Assembly: GCA_963830365.1 (NCBI GenBank)
Contig: CAWHMU010000040.1
Location: forward strand, 34,154 to 98,153
Source of the DNA: an uncultured Chlamydiae bacterium
Lineage (GTDB): Bacteria; Chlamydiota; Chlamydiia; Chlamydiales; Parachlamydiaceae
Direction: 5' to 3'
DNA: 64,000 nucleotides
Each line of letters begins with the position of its first letter. Position 1 is the first letter of the stretch. Below are positions 31,434 to 41,416 of the stretch, in pieces. The position numbers and the translations under genes were made by a program. The notes beneath the pieces are model-generated. The model saw only the letters and a list, made by a program, of their open reading frames with translations. It was not told the DNA's origin and did no database searches.

Positions 31434-32744
31434 TCATGAGCCATTGTCGGCATCAGCAATCCTGACCATCGTCCAATCCTGCACGGTACCTTCCGGAAAG
31501 GTCAGTTGCACATTCACCACGTCCTGGGTAAGATTATAAATCCCCGTCGTCATCTCGGGCGCAAATGTCCCCTCGGATACTTTCCAATAGGCCTCTTGGG
31601 ATTGCTGGTCGACAACCCCTTCGATAGGATAATATTGGTCCGTTGCCGAGTTGTAATATGTCCCCGCTATCTCCCCTTGCTGGTTGATGGCCAGCTGCAT
31701 GAAGATATTCGAATACGAGGCCTGGGTGGCATCTGCACCGAGGGCAAAGACGCCGAGCGGCAGCCATTCCCCTTCGGCTGCAGGGGCTGATGATGGGTAG
31801 GCTTGATAAACGTTGGTGTTGATGTAGTTTTGCTGATCATAGTTATTTATCTCCACAGGATATCCCCCGACTTCATAATAAATCGGATAGGTCGAAATTC
31901 CCCAGCCCAGCCATCCGTCAACGCGATCCCATGGCGCTCCTCTCCACCAGTTTACATTGTCATGCCAATAGCGGGAATGAAAGTTGTGTTCTTTAAAGCG
32001 GTCGCTATTAAACCACTTATGGTAGCCGGCATGATTCTGCCTCACATGTGTGGATACATTCTGGGCGGCATTTCTATTATTTTTAACAAGCTCCTGAAAG
32101 ACCGGCTTCTCATGCGGCGCCTTTTCACCCGCACCCGGTAAATTCGATGGCTGGTGTTTCCGCTCGCGCATAAATTGGCGTGCCTGGTTCTTCAATGCTT
32201 CATTGCCAGGCTGAGGCGTATTTGGGCGCACCTGTGAATGATTCTGGGGTGCGTCTGGACGAACTTGTGTGGGCTTACGCTGTGCATTTTGACCAGCTGG
32301 CTGGTGCACCTTCGGCGCGCTTGGACGGGCATCTGGAGGATTCTTTGGTACGCTTGGAAGAACTTGTGGGCGCTTTTGTGGTATGTTTTGACGGATCTGC
32401 GGCTTATTCTGTGGTGCGTCTTGAATAGCCTGAGGGCGCTTCTGTGGTGGGTTTGAACGAGCTTGTGGGTGATTTTCTTTCACATCCGAACGGCTCATGG
32501 AAGGGGTGCGCGGCTCTGCTCTGGACGGCCGTTGTGGTTTAGATGCTTTTCCCCCACCCTGTGCCGCCCCTTGCCGAGGTTGGACAGGAGCTCTTTGAGG
32601 ACGCTCTGCCCCTTTCCCCGCTTGAGCCGGTCCTTGGCCCGTCCGGTTTGTTTTTGTCCCCCGATCCTGGCGTTGGTCGGCGTAGGAGACAGCAAAGGCC
32701 AAAAGGGCAAAGGCAAAGATAAAGGTTGTAAAATTCGGTTTCAT
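31434..32744 (-). CDS. Exported protein with Pro/Gln/Arg-rich repetitive region, Trp-rich segment and C-terminal beta domain
   Basis: Signal peptide from ATG 32744 (MKPNF); WLPLGVFAL...QLAINQQG.IAGTYYN...TGIYNLT C-terminal domain. Confidence 0.8.
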   Translation of the reverse strand: MKPNFTTFIFAFALLAFAVSYADQRQDRGTKTNRTGQGPAQAGKGAERPQRAPVQPRQGAAQGGGKASKPQRPSRAEPRTPSMSRSDVKENHPQARSNPPQKRPQAIQDAPQNKPQIRQNIPQKRPQVLPSVPKNPPDARPSAPKVHQPAGQNAQRKPTQVRPDAPQNHSQVRPNTPQPGNEALKNQARQFMRERKHQPSNLPGAGEKAPHEKPVFQELVKNNRNAAQNVSTHVRQNHAGYHKWFNSDRFKEHNFHSRYWHDNVNWWRGAPWDRVDGWLGWGISTYPIYYEVGGYPVEINNYDQQNYINTNVYQAYPSSAPAAEGEWLPLGVFALGADATQASYSNIFMQLAINQQGEIAGTYYNSATDQYYPIEGVVDQQSQEAYWKVSEGTFAPEMTTGIYNLTQDVVNVQLTFPEGTVQDWTMVRIADADNGS

Positions 32745-32751
32745 AGAGCCT

Positions 32752-33669
32752 CTATTTGTTTCTGATGACTTTGAATGGACCGATATTTGGCAGCAGCTTG
32801 CCATCAACTTCACGGCTTTGTGAGGCGAAGGTGTAGGTATTGTCATCGCTTTTTTCATAGACATGCAGCGCCGAAGCTTTGCCGCCTTGCGGCATGGTGA
32901 AGGTCACCGGGGCATACCAGCGATTCCCTTCTTTAGACCATACGCTCTCGCCATAGCCGCCATCCGAATCGAAGATCCAGGAACGGATCTTCTTGGCAAT
33001 TGGATCCCAACCGATGATTTGCATGCCGCTGAGCTCTTCTTGTCCGAGAATGCTCAACACGAAATGTTGCGTCAGGAAATTTTTATTTTTATCCCATGCT
33101 ACCGTATATTTTACATCGATGTTGTCGTCTTCATCCTCCCAATTTCCAACCAGCCAATCCAGCTCTTTAAGCTGTTCAAAATGCGAAAGGACGCCGTTCA
33201 ACATATTGATGCTTAAGCTCCTGATCAGCCACTTGCCGTTTTCTTTGCCATACTGGAAGATGAAGGCGCTTTTTTCGGTGTGCTTGTCTTTAAAAGCGAC
33301 TTCGGCCAGTCCTTTGACGATGGCTTCATCGTCAGTTGGGTAGTGGATCGATGAAAGGGTAAGTTTTAAATTCTCAGCGTTCTGTTGCGTGAACAGCTGA
33401 TTAAAGTAGTCTTTGATATCCTCATTCCCTTCAACGGTTTCCTGGGTGGTAAGATTGGTATAATATCCATCTTGAGACCACAGCAAAGCTAGCTTGTCGG
33501 CAGCGTGGTTGTTGAAAGCCTCTGTATAAGCTTCTATACGTTCTTTTATGGGAGCTTCATCACTCTTTGCCTCTCCTTTTGTTTCTAGGAGTGCATCACC
33601 CTTGGCGCATGACTGGAAAGTAAATGCGATGGTTGCCATAGCTAAAATGAAAATAAGTCGGCGTTTCAT
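32752..33669 (-). CDS. Exported tandem NTF2/SnoaL-like (DUF4440-type) lipoprotein
   Basis: Lipobox-like FQSC; Y..AFN.H.A..LA.LW..D, GKWLI, L..LDWLVG.W, IGWDP...IRSW.FDSDGG. Confidence 0.8.
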   Translation of the reverse strand: MKRRLIFILAMATIAFTFQSCAKGDALLETKGEAKSDEAPIKERIEAYTEAFNNHAADKLALLWSQDGYYTNLTTQETVEGNEDIKDYFNQLFTQQNAENLKLTLSSIHYPTDDEAIVKGLAEVAFKDKHTEKSAFIFQYGKENGKWLIRSLSINMLNGVLSHFEQLKELDWLVGNWEDEDDNIDVKYTVAWDKNKNFLTQHFVLSILGQEELSGMQIIGWDPIAKKIRSWIFDSDGGYGESVWSKEGNRWYAPVTFTMPQGGKASALHVYEKSDDNTYTFASQSREVDGKLLPNIGPFKVIRNK

Positions 33670-33822
33670 TTTTTACCTTTCTTTTGGTTATTAATGAACA
33701 TAGCAAAACAGCATGATTTAAATAAACATTTGTCATTCACATTAAAAGGCTACTGCTCAAAAATGCCTGGCGGCAGGCGATACTCAGGATGGGGCCTGGC
33801 TTGTGATTTTTTGAGCCTAAGA

Positions 33823-34367
33823 GGTTCATCCGACAAATGAGGACCTTTAGGGCTCATCGCGCAAATGAGTACCCATGAGGTTTTCCCGACCTTCTCTGTG
33901 ACTCTGTGCCTCTGTGGTGAAATTTGCTTGCTGGATGTATAGTATTATCAATCAGAGTGTTACGGAAAGCTTCACCACCGAGACACAGAGGCACAGAGAA
34001 GAAAAATGGAGATTGCTCTTAGGGTTTTGTTAATTAGGTACTCATTTGCGTGATGAACCACCTTTAGCAGGTAAAGGTATTAAGTCTTCAGATTTTTATG
34101 AGCCTTCACTATCAGAACTTTGTGAACTGCTTGAGATCTTGAGTAAACTTTCTACAATCCCCGTTTGAGAAAATTGCAAAGGTACTTAATGTAGCTCAAA
34201 TTAAGATGTTGGATAGTGCCTTATACCGCGGTAGCGGTAAATGTACATTTTAGCCTGCTTGCAAACCTTCATCGAAGAGACAAGCATACAACTTCTTGAA
34301 TATGGAATATTTTAAACTGCAACTTTATTATCTATACGAGTCGAGGTACGCATTTGTCGGATGAACC
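33823..34367. mobile_element. MITE with family C-type termini (outer)
   Basis: GGTTCATCCGACAAATGAGGACCT...AGGTACGCATTTGTCGGATGAACC; flanks GCCTAAGA/GCATAAGA (7/8). Confidence 0.8.
33851..34059. mobile_element. MITE family C (inner), perfect 8-bp TSD
   Basis: ACCTTTAG at 33843-33850 and 34060-34067; homologous to 15976-16176. Confidence 0.9.
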
Positions 34368-34392
34368 GCATAAGATAAGGAAAGTCTTTAGG

Positions 34393-34917
34393 CTAAAACA
34401 CATTGCGCGCGTTTGGATCGCCGCCAAACACATGCATGATGGGATTTGGCTGGAAACAAGGGGCTAAAATAAAATCGTCATACTGCAGGCGTTCCAGACT
34501 GCCATATAGCTTCCTCCCATTATACGGGGAATATATGCCGTAAAAGGCCGACAGCTCAAGCGCGATCAAGGCAATCGGGGCTGTGAAAATTCTTATCAGG
34601 TCTTTAGCAGCTTCCTTCACTTGGGCTTTGAATGTGCAGCTCGTGCCTTCCGCCGGCGACATCCGAAAATAAGCGGCTGTAATAAGCTTAAATATTCGGC
34701 AGGCGATATATTTTATGGCTGCGGCGAGGTGGACGAGTGGCGTGGCCAGCGCCAGCAATATGCATTTTTGGCGCACACAACTCATCGTCTCATTCCAATA
34801 GGGCCTGCCTGTCGTCTGATCAATTAAATATTTAGGCTCGCCATCCGACCAGGTGCCTCCCTTCAAACATAGCTCCCAACGGTTGATCGGCTGAAAATCT
34901 TTTAAGGTGAGGTTCAT
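34393..34917 (-). CDS. Hypothetical protein (two hydrophobic segments)
   Basis: 174-aa ORF with plausible composition; no function recognised. Confidence 0.7.
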   Translation of the reverse strand: MNLTLKDFQPINRWELCLKGGTWSDGEPKYLIDQTTGRPYWNETMSCVRQKCILLALATPLVHLAAAIKYIACRIFKLITAAYFRMSPAEGTSCTFKAQVKEAAKDLIRIFTAPIALIALELSAFYGIYSPYNGRKLYGSLERLQYDDFILAPCFQPNPIMHVFGGDPNARNVF

Positions 34918-35493
34918 TCGGCAATGCGATTATATCGGAGTGTGAAAATGCGGCAGCATAGTCCGTCCAGGCATCTAATACAAGCCTTCTTTAACTAATA
35001 TTTAGTTTGATAGTGCCAGCTCTTGACTTGCGTTGCGTCTTCGCTTGCGCTCGCATGCCTTAACTGCCCACTGCAAAGAGATATGCTCTGCCCAACAATA
35101 AGAGCCCTTAAGACATATACCATGATCTAGTTCACTATCCGTTTTCTCATCCGCTGACCTACGCATGAGTTTTTTAAGACTTACGGACTGATCTCTTTGT
35201 AGCCCGTGGTTAAGGCTTGCGCGCACAAGCAAAGACAGCCATAACTACGGGAAAATGGATATTTGCATTTAACTCCGTAGGAGTTCCTCTCTTTTTGTGT
35301 TATACCACGCAGAGGCTGGAGGAGACAAGGATACACAAGGGCAATTGAATATAAATTGGGGATTAAAATGCATTGTTAATAAACTTTTTTTATCCTATAT
35401 AAAAAAAGGTTGAAATGCGGTCATTGAAACTAAACATCAGCCCTCCCATAGCAACGGTGATGAAACAATTAAATCTTTTACTGAGAATCATCT

Positions 35494-36474
35494 ATGAAAC
35501 TCCTTAAACTCTGCTCTCTGATAGTCCTACTGCTGGTAGATGCAAGCATGTATGCCCTGGATTCAGGCTTTGAAATAGCAAATATCTATCGCCATGATGA
35601 CTACCAACGCCATAATGTCGCCGCCATGGTTCCTCCCACAGAGGATTCCATCGACAGAATCAAAGTGGATAATGTCAACCTCTGGCAGATCGGCATCAAA
35701 GGCCGCCTGACACCGCCAAAAGATCACTTCTATTGGAATAACAACCAGCTCTTATCGCTGCTCAATAATTTCTATTTGGACGGATTTACTTACTGGGGTT
35801 GGTCTAAAAATAGCGGACAGATCAATGAAAACATCCACAACCTGATAACGGGAAATACAAGCAAGAGCAAAGCCAACCTGAAAAAAGTCTTCACATTCGA
35901 TCTTCAGTTCGGTCTGGGATACTTGCTGGAATGGAACTGCTTTGGCCTGGGGGTTTCCGGCGGCTACGCCTATAATACCCAAAGAGTCAAACCAAAACAT
36001 GGTGAATTTTCCCTGGCCGCTATGCCATCACCGCTAGATCGCCAAATATTGACCAATTCATTTCATACTCGCACCATTTGGAAGGGGCCTTGGGTGGGGG
36101 TTGAATTGTTTTATGAGCTGGCCAATTGGACCTTTAACGCCGGCTATGAGCATCATTTTGCCCTCTATACTGTCAATCATTACAGAAACATAGACAGCTT
36201 TGCCCCTCAACCACCACAACCATTCTTTGAAGATGGCACGCACTCCAACCATGCTTATGGCAATATCGCTTTTATGGACGTTAAGTATAACTTCTGTGAA
36301 GGATGGACCGCCGGCACAACGTTGAAATATCAGCATTGGCAGGCCAACCACGGGCATTTATGGCCGGACGATGTGACTTTTGTTGAGGCCGGACTTCCCG
36401 CCACCACCGAAATTACAGCCACCGGCAGCTGGATCTCATACAGCGTATCCCTGGACCTTGGCTATAGCTTCTAA
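35494..36474 (+). CDS. Putative outer-membrane beta-barrel protein
   Basis: Signal peptide, alternating aromatic/Gly strands, C-terminal SLDLGYSF. Confidence 0.8.
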   Translation: MKLLKLCSLIVLLLVDASMYALDSGFEIANIYRHDDYQRHNVAAMVPPTEDSIDRIKVDNVNLWQIGIKGRLTPPKDHFYWNNNQLLSLLNNFYLDGFTYWGWSKNSGQINENIHNLITGNTSKSKANLKKVFTFDLQFGLGYLLEWNCFGLGVSGGYAYNTQRVKPKHGEFSLAAMPSPLDRQILTNSFHTRTIWKGPWVGVELFYELANWTFNAGYEHHFALYTVNHYRNIDSFAPQPPQPFFEDGTHSNHAYGNIAFMDVKYNFCEGWTAGTTLKYQHWQANHGHLWPDDVTFVEAGLPATTEITATGSWISYSVSLDLGYSF

Positions 36475-36482
36475 TTCAATCT

Positions 36483-37703
36483 TTACCGCGGCAGCTTCAA
36501 ATTGTCAAGAATGATACGGCTGGCAACTTCTTCAATTGGTTGCATGTCTAGCTGATAAATCGTCGTCTTTACAGTCTGGGTGCTCTTTCTGTCAGCCAAA
36601 ATTTTCCCATCACTGTTTTTGACATCGATGGTGGTGAATATAGTCAAACCCAAAACCAGCGGATGCTTTTTCACTTGTTCGGGATCGAGCAGAATACGTG
36701 TCGGCACGCGCTGCACAATTTTAATCCAGTTTCCCGTCGCATTCTGAGATGGCAACAAAGAAAATACACTCCCAGAGCCCGGCAAAAGCCCGGCTACCGT
36801 GCCGTCATAGACAACAGTACTCCCATAGACATCAGCCGTCATTTTCACCGGTTGGCCGATTCTGATCCTTTCCAGCTGTGTCTCTTTAAAATTAGCCTCC
36901 ACCCATACCGAATTCAATGGCACAATGTTCATCAATGGCGTTCCCGACCTGACCGTCTGCCCTACCTGCACTTTCCTTTTGGCTATGAAACCTGAAACGG
37001 GCGAGACAATGGTGCATCGTTGGAGCCCAAGATACGAGGTTATGAGTTCAATTTTAGCGTTCTCAATCGAGGGATGGTTCTGCAATTCAGTTGTCCCCAA
37101 TGATGCTTCGGCCGCTTCAAGTTGATGCTTGGCTAGATCCAAAGCGGCTTTGCTAATTTTAAATTCCGCTTCCGCATGCTGATAGTCCTCTTTAGCAATA
37201 GCCTCAGTAACAACCAGATCGGTGCGATTAGTCATATTGAGATCTGCACGGTGGTATTTTGCCTCTTCTAAAACCACATTGGCCTTTTTCTGCTGCACGT
37301 CTTCGTAAAGGTTAAGCACCTGCCTGGCAGCCAGCGCAAGGCTGGTTTTCTTTTGTTCGAAGTTCGCCAAATAGTCCGTCGGATCCAAATGCACAAGCAC
37401 ATCGCCCTCTTCCACATAATCGGCATCTTCAGCCTTATAGGAGAGGATACATCCATCCTGACGTGAAGATACGACCACGACGTCCCCCGTGACGTAGGCA
37501 TCATCGGTACTTTCATAACCCTTATAAAATAATACCCACACTGCGCCAATAGCTATGGCTATCAATATCATCAGGAATATGCTGACCGTGATGATGCGAT
37601 TGCGCTTTTTTCTATTTAACCTACTCTCATCGGCCGAGGCGATAGCTGGAGTAATATCACCGGTAGGAGTTTTTATCTCTTCACTTATTGGTGCTTCTGA
37701 CAT
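36483..37703 (-). CDS. emrA: EmrA/HlyD-family periplasmic adaptor
   Basis: TM anchor, STDDAYV, WVEANFKETQL, FSLLP.QNATGNWIKIVQRVP. Confidence 0.93.
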   Translation of the reverse strand: MSEAPISEEIKTPTGDITPAIASADESRLNRKKRNRIITVSIFLMILIAIAIGAVWVLFYKGYESTDDAYVTGDVVVVSSRQDGCILSYKAEDADYVEEGDVLVHLDPTDYLANFEQKKTSLALAARQVLNLYEDVQQKKANVVLEEAKYHRADLNMTNRTDLVVTEAIAKEDYQHAEAEFKISKAALDLAKHQLEAAEASLGTTELQNHPSIENAKIELITSYLGLQRCTIVSPVSGFIAKRKVQVGQTVRSGTPLMNIVPLNSVWVEANFKETQLERIRIGQPVKMTADVYGSTVVYDGTVAGLLPGSGSVFSLLPSQNATGNWIKIVQRVPTRILLDPEQVKKHPLVLGLTIFTTIDVKNSDGKILADRKSTQTVKTTIYQLDMQPIEEVASRIILDNLKLPR

Positions 37704-37754
37704 TTTAATTCCTAAGCTTTTAGTAACTATTAAAGCGTTTGGGCATCTATAGCC

Positions 37755-39251
37755 TTATGACGCCTCTTGCTGGCAGGATATTTCATAGCCGCCACCGAGA
37801 GCACGGATCAAGGCAATACGCGCCTGCAAGCCGTCAAAGAAAATTTGCACGCGCAGATCCTCCGCCTGCAGCCAGCTATTTTCATATGACAATACATCGG
37901 CTCGTGAAATAAGAGCGCTTTTTTGCCGTTGACGGGCTTGCTGCAGATTTTTTTCAGCCAGGGCCTGGCCGACCCTGGCAGTTCTATAACGCTCGTCGGT
38001 CTTTTGTATGATCACCAGAGCGTTTAACACCTCTTTCACGGCCGCCAGCACCGCCGAATCATAGTCTGCCACGGCCAGCCGATATTCTTGCGTGCGGAGA
38101 TCAAGATCGGCCTGCAAAGCCCCGCCCTCAAAAATCGGCAGATGCAGTGCCGGACCAAAAAGTAGTCCATAGGTGCTGTCAAAGACTAATAAAGGCAGAT
38201 TTCCGAGCGCCTGATAACCCATGATGCCGGAAATATTGATATTTGGATAAAACGCAGCCCTGCCAGCGCAAATGCGATGCGCCGTGGCCTCCACACGCCA
38301 ACGATGCGCCCACACGTCGGCACGATGAGCCAATAAGTCCAGCGGCAAGCTGCATGGCAAAGGAAAGGCTTCTAATGCAGCGCAAAATGCAATATCCTCA
38401 ACGGGTACATTAAAGTCATCGGCCAGTAAAGCCTGCAATTCAATACTGGATAAAGCAGCATCTTGTTGTAGTTTTATCAGATAGCGCTCAGTCTCTAAGG
38501 CGTCATAGACTGTATTGTTAAACACCGCTTCATTCTCAAGGCCATTTCGCTGCTTTTGACCGGTCAAAGTCGACATCGCTTGCTTATTGCGGAGCAGTTT
38601 GTCTGCAATCTCCACGCGCTCCTTCAAGATGTGCGACTGGAAATAGGCCTGCACCACAGAAATGGAAAGCGCCAATCGACAAACATAGGCTTCGGCTTTC
38701 GCCACTTCTGTCTGATTCATAGCCGCTATCAGCTCATTCTTATGCTTCTTAAAAAAGTCAAATTCGTAATTGAAGCTGATGCCCATATTTTGCTGGCGGT
38801 AGGTGATGGGATAGAGCGGATCGCTAGCCGCCAAGATACCAAAAATGCCGTTTTTACTCTGATGCACTCTGGTCGTGTCCGTCTCGAAATCTATGGTAGG
38901 ATAAAATGGCGCATAAGACTTATCTCCTGTGGCCAAGGCGGCGCCTATCCTGGCTTCTGCCCCTGCCATAGTCGGGTTGTCAGCCAAGGCCTGCTCTACC
39001 AAGGCATTCAGCTGTGTATCGCCAAAAAAGCGCCACCAATCCTGCTCTGGCCATTCGTCAGCCGTATAAGTCGCCCCATCCGAAATCCCTTGCGCCTCTT
39101 GCAATGCACATGCTGGCGCTTGTTTAAGGATCGGTGGCGGCGGACTAAGCTGGCAGCAGCATAACGCCGACATAAGGCCTACCCAAATACAGCTACAGGT
39201 CATCCGCACAAATATCAAAAACATGCTTTTCTCTACCCCGGTAGATTTCAT
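37755..39251 (-). CDS. Outer-membrane efflux factor lipoprotein (NodT/TolC family)
   Basis: WW..FGD.QLN.LV..AL..NP, LL..RADV, AFYP.I, LPIF.GG, L.RALGGG; start codon uncertain (may be 39224 or 39203). Confidence 0.92.
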   Translation of the reverse strand: MKSTGVEKSMFLIFVRMTCSCIWVGLMSALCCCQLSPPPPILKQAPACALQEAQGISDGATYTADEWPEQDWWRFFGDTQLNALVEQALADNPTMAGAEARIGAALATGDKSYAPFYPTIDFETDTTRVHQSKNGIFGILAASDPLYPITYRQQNMGISFNYEFDFFKKHKNELIAAMNQTEVAKAEAYVCRLALSISVVQAYFQSHILKERVEIADKLLRNKQAMSTLTGQKQRNGLENEAVFNNTVYDALETERYLIKLQQDAALSSIELQALLADDFNVPVEDIAFCAALEAFPLPCSLPLDLLAHRADVWAHRWRVEATAHRICAGRAAFYPNINISGIMGYQALGNLPLLVFDSTYGLLFGPALHLPIFEGGALQADLDLRTQEYRLAVADYDSAVLAAVKEVLNALVIIQKTDERYRTARVGQALAEKNLQQARQRQKSALISRADVLSYENSWLQAEDLRVQIFFDGLQARIALIRALGGGYEISCQQEAS

Positions 39252-39533
39252 ACCAAATGAATTTGGCTCAACTAGCTGCGACGCGCTCTAAAACCAAAGC
39301 CGCTCAAGTGCTTAATACATAATAGACATCTTTGAATTAAACAATAGGTATTTTACAGGCGAGGTTAGCTGTGCTAATGGAGTCCGGATTGCAAGTCTTT
39401 AAAGACCATGCTGAAGCTGTTGAGTACCTATAATCCAGCTACCAGTCTGTTCACCATGCAGGTGGGCTTAAAATTGGCAATTGACTTAATCCATATTTAA
39501 AATTAGCATGAAATATTATATTTAAATATTTAT

Positions 39534-40448
39534 ATGCGTGTACTTATGACGAACTATTTAGATGTTTTAGCTTCACCTCGTCGACCAAAAATTGCTGTCG
39601 TACTTAGCTCCGGAGGCATAAAGACCTGTGCCGCCATCGAGCTTTTTGTGCTACTTGAGAAAGCCCAGATTCCCATCGACTTACTAGTAGGGTGCAGTGG
39701 AGGAGCCATCGCGGCTGTAGGCAAGGCCATGGGCCTAGAGATTGCCGAAATGCGCCATACCGTGGAAAATATGGCTAAACCTGAAACCTTTACATTAGAT
39801 TACCGCACCCTGCGGGCGCTGATGCGGCTGCCTTTCAGCTCTTTTGAAACTGAAATGGGGATCCTGAAAGGCGCGCAACTGCAAAAAAATATGCTGGAAA
39901 TGGTCGGTGATAGGCGCATTGAGGATTTACCTATTAAAACCATACTCCAAGTCACCAGTATGGAAACAGGGCGAGGGGTTGCCATGAGTACGGGGAATCT
40001 TGCCAAAACCCTATATGCCAGTTCGGCTATCATCCCTTTTCTTCCCCCCATCCAAATCGAGGGGCGCTGGTATGTAGATGGGTGCTATAGCGTACCTCTT
40101 CCCATTCTTGAGGCTGTGTTAGCAGGCGTCGACATCATTATTGCCATGGACTTTCAATCTGGGGTGGCGTCTTCTACATCGACCAGTTATTTAGAATATT
40201 TTTATAATTTTAATATGGACAGGTTGAGAAACACGGTGCGCTTGCAGAACGCCTTCGCTGTCGATACCCACCATTATGAAATTGTTTTTATCGATGTAAA
40301 TTTTAAAGAAGATATAGCCATGTGGAACAATGCGGCCATTCCCTATATTTATGAACAGGGTAAAATCGCTGCTGAGCGTGCCAAGGAGGGCATCATACAA
40401 GCAATTGAACTTTTCCCTTTGACCCATCATATCAAAATGGACACCTAG
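39534..40448 (+). CDS. Patatin-like phospholipase, catalytic residues intact
   Basis: SSGGIK oxyanion loop, GCSGG nucleophile, ASSAI.P, VDGC Asp. Confidence 0.88.
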   Translation: MRVLMTNYLDVLASPRRPKIAVVLSSGGIKTCAAIELFVLLEKAQIPIDLLVGCSGGAIAAVGKAMGLEIAEMRHTVENMAKPETFTLDYRTLRALMRLPFSSFETEMGILKGAQLQKNMLEMVGDRRIEDLPIKTILQVTSMETGRGVAMSTGNLAKTLYASSAIIPFLPPIQIEGRWYVDGCYSVPLPILEAVLAGVDIIIAMDFQSGVASSTSTSYLEYFYNFNMDRLRNTVRLQNAFAVDTHHYEIVFIDVNFKEDIAMWNNAAIPYIYEQGKIAAERAKEGIIQAIELFPLTHHIKMDT

Positions 40449-40461
40449 GTGAGTATTAGTC

Positions 40462-41340
40462 ATGGATCAAATAAGTTCTGTCGGTCTTAAATCCCGTCCA
40501 AAAATATGCATAGTTATTGGCAGCGGAGGCATTCGCTCGCTGGCAGCGTTGCCCATACTCGCACATTTGCAGCGGAAAAATGTTCCTATCGATTTGATAA
40601 TAGGTTCTGGCGGCGGCGCAACCTTGGCCGGATTATTTGCGGCAGGATATCCCATCCAACAAATTCCTAAGCTGATGGCCAAGTTATTTGATCCCAAGGT
40701 GTGTAAAAAGCTAGATTATAGACAGCTGGCAGAAATTCTAGGGTTGGTAAGCAAAACTTCCAATTCCCCTCCTGCGCCTTTTAATAATAAGATGATACTC
40801 TCTTGTCTTAAGGGCGTTTTTACTGAAAAACGTCTCGAGAATTTACCTTACCATGTCATCATGCAAGCTACTGAAATGTCTACCGGCCGAAGTGTATCTT
40901 TTGAAAAGGGGCTAATCGCAGATTGTGTCTATGCCTCAAATGCCATGTATCCCTACTTCCCCCCAATTTTGATCGATGATAAATGGATGGCCGCTGGGGT
41001 ACACTCTGCTGCCCTTCCCATGAGTGTAGCCGTACACAAACGGATGGACATTATCTTAGTTGTCAATGTCAATGACTCTTTAAATGAAATTACCGCAGAT
41101 AGCTTGATTGACTCCTCAAGTAGCTTCTTCAATCGCTCCTCAACCCATTCCCAAGGAAGAGAGATTTCACTAGCCATCAGCATGCATGAAGGGGAAGCGC
41201 TCCTCATGAATGTTGCCTTTGTTAAGCAGATAAATCTTTGGGACATCAAGTATGTAGATGAAATAATGCAAGCCGGTGAAAAAACATTGCAAAATAACGT
41301 CGACGAAATAGACGCTCTAACCAACTTATCAACGGCATGA
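40462..41340 (+). CDS. Patatin-like protein, predicted catalytically inactive
   Basis: Colinear paralog of upstream gene; GxSxG reads GSGGG and DG reads AG. Confidence 0.82.
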   Translation: MDQISSVGLKSRPKICIVIGSGGIRSLAALPILAHLQRKNVPIDLIIGSGGGATLAGLFAAGYPIQQIPKLMAKLFDPKVCKKLDYRQLAEILGLVSKTSNSPPAPFNNKMILSCLKGVFTEKRLENLPYHVIMQATEMSTGRSVSFEKGLIADCVYASNAMYPYFPPILIDDKWMAAGVHSAALPMSVAVHKRMDIILVVNVNDSLNEITADSLIDSSSSFFNRSSTHSQGREISLAISMHEGEALLMNVAFVKQINLWDIKYVDEIMQAGEKTLQNNVDEIDALTNLSTA

Positions 41341-41416
41341 ACCAATAGGGGTGCCATATTTTTTGTGGAAGTATCGGGCTCAATCTCATCTCACGGGTAT
41401 CAACATCTAAGTATCA

